Below are positions 13,580-18,526 of a DNA stretch of 18,526 bases, in pieces. Below the pieces are notes generated by a model. That model made no database searches, was not told the origin of the DNA, and was given only the letters and a program-made list of their open reading frames with translations. The position numbers were made by a program, and so were the translations under genes. Source of the DNA: a virus (Duplodnaviria; Heunggongvirae; Uroviricota; Caudoviricetes); the IMG/VR virus record IMGVR_UViG_2703718818_000001, positions 1 to 18,526 of that record. One strand, written 5' to 3'. Each line of letters starts with the position of its first letter. The first letter of the stretch is position 1.

Positions 13580-14137
13580 ATGGCTACTATCCCTGCCCTT
13601 TCTCACCCTGAAATTACTATCGCCAATGGGCGTGCTGTTACATCCTCTTTAGCTGTTGCCGAGTATTTCCGGAAACCACACAAAGATGTACTGGCAAAAA
13701 TTTCACGTCTAGACTGTTCAGCAGAATTCACTGAGCGAAATTTTTCGCCCAGTGAATATACCGACTCAACCGGGCGCAAACTCCCTATGTACCAAATCAC
13801 CAAAAACGGCTTCGTTTTCCTGGTGATGGGCTTCACCGGCAAAAAAGCCGCTGCATTTAAAGAAGCCTACATCGCTGAGTTCGATCGCATGGAGAAAGAA
13901 CTGCGCCAGAATAACGCCCCGTCTCCCGACAAAATGATTCACGGGGACGGACGTACCCTGGTTATCCGTCTCGACGAACACGGCAATATCAAATTCACTG
14001 AAACCGTTCCTGATGGTGCAATGGTCTGCACCCTGGATACCTTCCAGTTTTATCTGGAGAAACAAGGCTGGACTCTTGTAAACCGGAGCGCAATTAAAAA
14101 TATGACTGTGGAGCAATTACTAAAAATTCATTGTTGA
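13580..14137 (+). CDS. Rha-family phage regulatory protein
   Basis: Conserved Rha-like N-terminal segment ...SSLAVAEYFRKPHKDVLAKISRL... Preferred start is the ATG at 13580 (GGAGG 8 nt upstream), with 13553 as an alternative. The ORF track's start at 13286 adds an implausible N-terminal extension. Confidence 0.7.
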   Translation: MATIPALSHPEITIANGRAVTSSLAVAEYFRKPHKDVLAKISRLDCSAEFTERNFSPSEYTDSTGRKLPMYQITKNGFVFLVMGFTGKKAAAFKEAYIAEFDRMEKELRQNNAPSPDKMIHGDGRTLVIRLDEHGNIKFTETVPDGAMVCTLDTFQFYLEKQGWTLVNRSAIKNMTVEQLLKIHC

Positions 14138-14147
14138 GGACGCGATA

Positions 14148-14336
14148 ATGGAAACGTTATTACCAAACGTTAATACGTCTGAAGGGTGTTTTGATATTGG
14201 TATTCTGCTCAGTAACCGGGAGTTTACTGAAGATGCCATTAAGATGAGAAAATATGAGCCTTATCTTCTCAATGATAATTCCATACTCTCCAGAATTGCC
14301 CTTCTTAAACTTGGTATTTTCGGAGGGCAGCAGTGA
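14148..14336 (+). CDS. Small hypothetical protein (62 aa), AT-rich by eye
   Basis: ATG at 14148 with GAGGA 7 nt upstream, 10 nt after the Rha stop. No family recognised. Confidence 0.4.
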   Translation: METLLPNVNTSEGCFDIGILLSNREFTEDAIKMRKYEPYLLNDNSILSRIALLKLGIFGGQQ

Positions 14337-14521
14337 CTTCTGCATTTGCACTGGTGATGACGGTTTTTCTTATAACGGGTGAGCCACAGAATGTGATTAC
14401 CGGAATTTATGCCAGTAAAGAATCATGCCTCCGTGCAAGAGACGAGCAAAAAATTTCTGGCGAATGCCTCCCGTTAAAAAAAGTATCGCTGTACCTGAAT
14501 AACGAAATACCGGCTGGATAA
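14333..14521 (+). CDS. Small hypothetical membrane-anchored protein (62 aa, N-terminal hydrophobic segment)
   Basis: GTG start at 14333 overlapping the upstream stop (GTGA), with GGAGGG 5 nt upstream. Hydrophobic stretch AFALVMTVFLITG near the N-terminus. Confidence 0.4.
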   Translation: MTSAFALVMTVFLITGEPQNVITGIYASKESCLRARDEQKISGECLPLKKVSLYLNNEIPAG

Positions 14522-14613
14522 TCCACCAGCCATATTAACGCCATACCCGTTGATTAAGCATGCCAGCAATGGCAGGGGTTCGTACAACCTTAAAATAGTT
14601 ATGAGGTTTATCC

Positions 14614-17052
14614 ATGAGCACTGATAAAGAAGAATTTTCGCTATATTGCGAAGCAAAAAATGACAAGGTCAGAAAACGCCTTGGGATTAAAGGAGGTTTT
14701 TACTGGACTACAGCAAAAAAATTATCTGTTGCCATCTCACGGTGCGTTGTTGCAATGGACGAGGCAGGCTACGACGCTGATGATTTCAAAAAACCTGTCC
14801 GCGTCCATTTCCCCGTTGTGAATGACCTTCCACCGGAAGGCGTGTTTGATACCGAATTCTGCAACCGCTATGAAAAAGGCGGGGAAGATGGCATCACAAT
14901 GATATTTATAGCGCCTTCCCCCTCAGTTCAGGACAAACCAGCCAGCACTGACAATACCAACGTCAATGGCGAAGACATGGCTGAGATTGAGGATAATATG
15001 CTCCTGCCGATTTCCGGTCAGGAACTGCCCATTCGCTGGCTTGCGCAACATGGCAGCGAAAAACCGGTAACGCACGTTTCACGGGAAGAACTTCAGGCAT
15101 TACATATCGCACGAGCTGAAGAACTGCCGGCTGTTACTGCCCTGGCTATTTCCCACAACACAAAGCTGCTCGACCCGCTGGAGATTCGCGACCTTCACAA
15201 ACTGGTACGCGACACAGACAAAGTTTTCCCTAATCCCGTTAATTCCAGTCTGGGGTTAATGACTGCTTTTTTCGAAGCATACCTGGACGCTGACTATACC
15301 GATCGAGGTCTGCTGACAAAAGAGTGGATGAAAGGAAATCGTGTTTCTCGCATCACCCGCACGGCTTCCGGTGCAAATGCCGGTGGCGGAAATAAAACCG
15401 ATCGTAATCCTGACTTAGTACACACCCTCGATACTCTGGATGTGGAGGCTGCAGCAGCCACACTTCCGATGGATTTTAATATTTATGAAATACCCGTGAG
15501 CGTTTATCGTCGCGCAAAAGAAATCGTCCTGAAAAAAGAAAGTCCGTTCAGGGAATGGTCCGCAGCACTTCGCGCAACCCCTGGTATCCTGGACTATTCC
15601 CGCGCAGCTATTTTTGCACTTATCCGGAGCGCCCACCCTGAGTTTTATCACTACCCGGGACGCCTTCAGGGGTATATCAATGCCAACCTGACAGAAACTG
15701 ATCACGAGAATCCCACAGCTGAAACGCTCATGGCTGCCCGGCATACACCGGAAAAAGATATCCTGGAAGAAATTAACGGCGGACTGGCTGCTGAGTGCAA
15801 AACAGAAGAAGAAAAAAATGATGAAGAAAACCCGCAACCATCTGGCGCAATGGCAGATGAACAGGCAACGGCTGAAACAATGGCAGCGGATACAGTTGAA
15901 CATCATCAGGACCCGCAGCCGCTGGATGACAAGTCACAGGTAAAAGTTACTGCTGAAGAAGTAAATAAAATTATGGAGGCAGCAGACATCAGTCGACCAG
16001 ATGCCGACAAATTGCTTGCCGCTTCTCGTGGTGAGTTTGTTGAAGGGATTAGCGACCCGAATGATTCGAAATGGGTTAAGGGGATTGAAACCTGCGATTC
16101 TGTGAACCAGAACCAGCAAGAAACGGAACAGAACGGTCAGAAAGCGGAACAAAACAGCCCAAATGCGTTACAAAACGAGCCAGAAACGAAACAACCTGAA
16201 CCAGTAGTGCAACAGGAAGAGGAAAAAGTTTGTACCGCATGCAATCAGACTGGTGGTGGTAACTGCCCTGATTGTGGCGCAGTGATGGGGGACGCAACCT
16301 ACCAGGAGACATTCAACGAAGAAAGCCAGGATGAAGCCCGGGAAAAAGATCCGGAGGAAATGGAAAGTGCCGGACTCCCGAACAAGGAGTGCACCGAAGG
16401 CGATCAACATGCCAATGGCAATAATGAAACAGGCGAGACAGCAAATCCCTTAATTAAGGTGAACGGTCATCGTGAAATCACATCCACCAGCAGGTTATGG
16501 CACCATCTGATGATTGACCTTGAAACAATGGGCAAAAATCCTGACGCACCAATAGCCTCAATAGGCGCTGTATTTTTCGATCCACAAACCGGAGAGCAGG
16601 GGCCTGAATTCAGCAAAATAATTGATATGGGTACATGTGGCGGCACTGTAGACATAAGCACCATCGAATGGTGGCTTCAACGCTCTGGCGAAGCCCGTGC
16701 CGCCATTTTAGCTGATCGAATACCGCTTGATGATGCGCTTTTACAATTACGGGAATTTATAGACGAAAACTCCGGTGAGTTTTTTGTTCAGGTCTGGGGA
16801 AATGGAGCCAACTTCGACAACGTGATTTTACGCCGTTCATATGAACGGCAGGAGATCCCCTGCCCGTGGCGTTACACCAATGATCGTGATGTAAGAACGA
16901 TTGTTGCCCTGGGGCTGGTGATGGATTTCGATGCTCGAAGTGTCATCACATTTGAGGGTGAACGCCATAATGCCCTGCACGATGCGCGTTACCAGGCAAA
17001 ATACGTTTCAGCTATCTGGCAAAAACTGTTCCCGAATCAGGCTGATTTTTAA
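14614..17052 (+). CDS. Large multidomain protein (812 aa): N-terminal region of unknown function, acidic low-complexity linker, Cys4 zinc-ribbon-like motif, C-terminal DEDDh-type 3'-5' exonuclease domain
   Basis: ATG at 14614 with GAGG upstream. DEDDh motifs: IDLETMG (residues 634-640), [10 protein letters not shown] (730-739), HNALHD (785-790). C540-x2-C543-x7-C551-x2-C554 at nt 16231-16275. E/Q/N/D-rich segment at about residues 360-535. Confidence 0.8.
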   Translation: MSTDKEEFSLYCEAKNDKVRKRLGIKGGFYWTTAKKLSVAISRCVVAMDEAGYDADDFKKPVRVHFPVVNDLPPEGVFDTEFCNRYEKGGEDGITMIFIAPSPSVQDKPASTDNTNVNGEDMAEIEDNMLLPISGQELPIRWLAQHGSEKPVTHVSREELQALHIARAEELPAVTALAISHNTKLLDPLEIRDLHKLVRDTDKVFPNPVNSSLGLMTAFFEAYLDADYTDRGLLTKEWMKGNRVSRITRTASGANAGGGNKTDRNPDLVHTLDTLDVEAAAATLPMDFNIYEIPVSVYRRAKEIVLKKESPFREWSAALRATPGILDYSRAAIFALIRSAHPEFYHYPGRLQGYINANLTETDHENPTAETLMAARHTPEKDILEEINGGLAAECKTEEEKNDEENPQPSGAMADEQATAETMAADTVEHHQDPQPLDDKSQVKVTAEEVNKIMEAADISRPDADKLLAASRGEFVEGISDPNDSKWVKGIETCDSVNQNQQETEQNGQKAEQNSPNALQNEPETKQPEPVVQQEEEKVCTACNQTGGGNCPDCGAVMGDATYQETFNEESQDEAREKDPEEMESAGLPNKECTEGDQHANGNNETGETANPLIKVNGHREITSTSRLWHHLMIDLETMGKNPDAPIASIGAVFFDPQTGEQGPEFSKIIDMGTCGGTVDISTIEWWLQRSGEARAAILADRIPLDDALLQLREFIDENSGEFFVQVWGNGANFDNVILRRSYERQEIPCPWRYTNDRDVRTIVALGLVMDFDARSVITFEGERHNALHDARYQAKYVSAIWQKLFPNQADF

Positions 17053-17118
17053 TGTTCAACCCATATCGCCGCCCACAAGCTATAGTGGCGGCGGTCATGC
17101 TGTAAGGCACGTGACCAC

Positions 17119-17370
17119 ATGTACGAATTAACTCTATCGCCAGCAGAAATTCAAGAGATCACGAGATACGAACGGTATACAAAACAGCAACAACAGTTAA
17201 GGTTGCACGGTATCCCATTTGTACCCGGTCCTAAAAACGAACCAATAGTTCTTCGCAGTGATGTCCCGCGCGGACTGACTGCGATACCGAAAGTATCTGA
17301 ACTGGTTTCTGCTGACCCCGATTTTGAGGCGCTGAACAATGGGAAGACCAAGAAAAAACAAAAAAGATAA
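17119..17370 (+). CDS. xis: Excisionase (lambda Xis-like)
   Basis: 83 aa. Begins MYELTL (lambda Xis begins MYLTL, recalled), with a basic C-terminal tail NNGKTKKKQKR. The 3' end overlaps the int start by 32 nt, as in lambda xis-int. Confidence 0.6.
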   Translation: MYELTLSPAEIQEITRYERYTKQQQQLRLHGIPFVPGPKNEPIVLRSDVPRGLTAIPKVSELVSADPDFEALNNGKTKKKQKR

Positions 17371-18358
17371 TGCACTACCGCCACGTGTTAGATCGAATGG
17401 TTACAGTTACGTATGGAAACCCGAAGGAAGCACAAAAACTATAGGGCTAGGAAGAGTGCGGGAAACCAGCATAGCTAAAGTCTGGCAGAATTATGAACTG
17501 GAAAAAGCAAAACGCCACAACATAATGACCGTCGCTAAATTATGGCACATGTTTATGGATTCCCCCGCATTTACAGAACTGGCCCCCAGAACCCAAAAAG
17601 ATTATCGGCAACATCAGAGGGCGTTACTGGCAGTCTTCGGAAAAGTACTGGCTGATAATGTAAAAATTGAGCAGGTAAGAATTTTCATGGATAAACGGGG
17701 GATTGAGAGCAAGACCCAGGCAAACCATGAACTGGCAAGTCTCAGTCGTGTATACGGGTGGGGATATGAGCGTGGATATGTGAAGAATAACCCATGCAAA
17801 GGAGTCAGGAAATTTACGCTTAAAGCCCGCACTGTTTACATCACAGATGAACAGTATGCGGCGATATATGCGGAAGCAATACCACAGTTACGCATTGCAA
17901 TGGAGATATCCTATCTTTGTGCGGCAAGACTCGGTGATGTGCTCGAGCTGAAATGGCAGGATATTATGGATAAAGGAATCTACATTGAGCAAAACAAGAC
18001 CGGCACCAAACAAATCAAGGAATGGTCTCCACGATTACGAACCGCGATCCAGTTAGCCAGAAATGTATCTTCAGGCACATGTGAATATGTGATCAACACA
18101 ACCAAGGGCGGGAAGGTCATAGCTAAAACGCTAAACAACTGGTGGAACCAGGCTAAACACGCAGCCGAGAAAAAATCCGGCGTCCCGTTTGGGTGCAATT
18201 TCCATGACATAAAAGCCAAAGGAATATCAGATTACGAAGGAAGCAGTCGCGACAAACAGATTTTCAGTGGACATAAAACAGAAAATCAGGTGTTGATTTA
18301 TGATCGTAAAACAAAAATCACGCCGACACTGGATTTGCCACTTGTGGTCAGCAAGTAG
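17339..18358 (+). CDS. int: Tyrosine site-specific integrase, lambda Int family
   Basis: 339 aa. N-terminal MGRPRKNKKDNALPPRVRSNGYSYVWKPEGSTKTIGLG parallels the lambda Int arm-binding domain; C-terminal ...HDIKAKG...SGHKTENQVLIYDR carries the catalytic His and Tyr region. Confidence 0.9.
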   Translation: MGRPRKNKKDNALPPRVRSNGYSYVWKPEGSTKTIGLGRVRETSIAKVWQNYELEKAKRHNIMTVAKLWHMFMDSPAFTELAPRTQKDYRQHQRALLAVFGKVLADNVKIEQVRIFMDKRGIESKTQANHELASLSRVYGWGYERGYVKNNPCKGVRKFTLKARTVYITDEQYAAIYAEAIPQLRIAMEISYLCAARLGDVLELKWQDIMDKGIYIEQNKTGTKQIKEWSPRLRTAIQLARNVSSGTCEYVINTTKGGKVIAKTLNNWWNQAKHAAEKKSGVPFGCNFHDIKAKGISDYEGSSRDKQIFSGHKTENQVLIYDRKTKITPTLDLPLVVSK

Positions 18359-18499
18359 GCAACTCAGGAAATTTTCTGGCAAAAAAGACTTGGTATACTA
18401 ACTCTGAAAGCTCCCTAACAGCCTGATTTTTCTAGGTGTTAAGTTTGGTTAATTTTTCAGCTACTTTTCGTATTGCATTGATTTTTATTTATTTTTCAT

Positions 18500-18526
18500 C
18501 GGTCTTGAAAACCGGCGACCCGAAAG
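18500..18526 (+). tRNA. 3' fragment of a tRNA-Ser(UGA)-like gene, from the anticodon stem onward, truncated by the window edge; probable attachment-site core
   Basis: CGGTCTTGAAAACCGGCGACCCGAAAG matches the anticodon stem-loop (loop CTTGAAA, anticodon TGA) and the start of the variable arm of E. coli tRNA-Ser(UGA) as I recall it. The bases immediately upstream diverge from the tRNA. Confidence 0.55.

Larger units (their letters stand above)
1..18526. mobile_element. Lambdoid (lambda/Rac-like) prophage segment, from late-operon junction through nin, replication and immunity regions to xis-int and the attachment site
   Basis: Gene order and content: Q with a lambda-like pR', RusA, O/P-like replication genes, divergent cro-like/cI-like pair, Rha, Xis and lambda-type Int next to a tRNA-like fragment. 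Rightward genes are on the minus strand, leftward genes on the plus strand. Confidence 0.85.

Noticed and set aside
15415-16664. Several minus-strand ORFs of 65-163 aa inside the 812-aa gene
   Set aside because: They are antisense to a long ORF with clear exonuclease motifs. Their translations are Cys/Phe-rich and low-complexity, typical of the reverse strand of an acidic coding region.
12400-17100. A RecT/Bet/Erf-type annealase or a Gam-like gene in the early-left operon
   Set aside because: The ORFs present (50 aa, Rha, two 62-aa ORFs, the 812-aa protein) show none of the expected size or motif features.
1-18526. CRISPR arrays, insertion sequences or transposases, rRNA genes
   Set aside because: There are no regularly spaced direct repeats with unique spacers, no transposase-like ORF or terminal inverted repeats, and no rRNA-like sequence. 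The only tRNA-like sequence is the partial fragment at the right edge.

Overview
The window reads as one contiguous stretch of a lambdoid (lambda/Rac-like) prophage from an enterobacterial genome, drawn in reverse orientation relative to the lambda map. From left to right: (i) the late-operon junction, with a partial late gene at the window edge, a beta-class DNA methyltransferase, a small putative DNA-binding ORF, a lambda-type late promoter pR' with its pause element and a short tR'-like terminator, and a Q antiterminator; (ii) a nin-like region with RusA, a DUF968/HNH-like protein, DUF4406, two tandem Ea22-like paralogs, a DUF551-like protein, and an oppositely oriented ParD/ParE toxin-antitoxin cassette; (iii) replication genes (DUF1376-type O-like initiator, lambda-P-like helicase loader); (iv) an immunity region with a YdaT-like protein, a Cro/YdaS-like HTH protein, and a divergent short CI/RacR-like repressor with no peptidase domain; (v) an antisense HigB/HigA-like toxin-antitoxin cassette, a pL-like promoter with operator repeats, a 50-aa ORF, an ORF-poor ~0.8 kb structured stretch, Rha, and two small tightly coupled ORFs; (vi) an 812-aa protein whose C-terminus is a DEDDh 3'-5' exonuclease; and (vii) Xis, a lambda-type tyrosine integrase, and the start of a tRNA-Ser(UGA)-like 3' fragment that probably marks the attachment core. 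No CRISPR array, transposase or rRNA is visible. All family assignments are from reading the ORF translations and motifs by eye against memory; no database search was run. The most interesting candidates are the 812-aa mosaic exonuclease with no annealase partner, the two toxin-antitoxin cassettes inserted against the flow of transcription, the methyltransferase cargo in the late operon, and the ORF-poor structured region behind the pL-like promoter.
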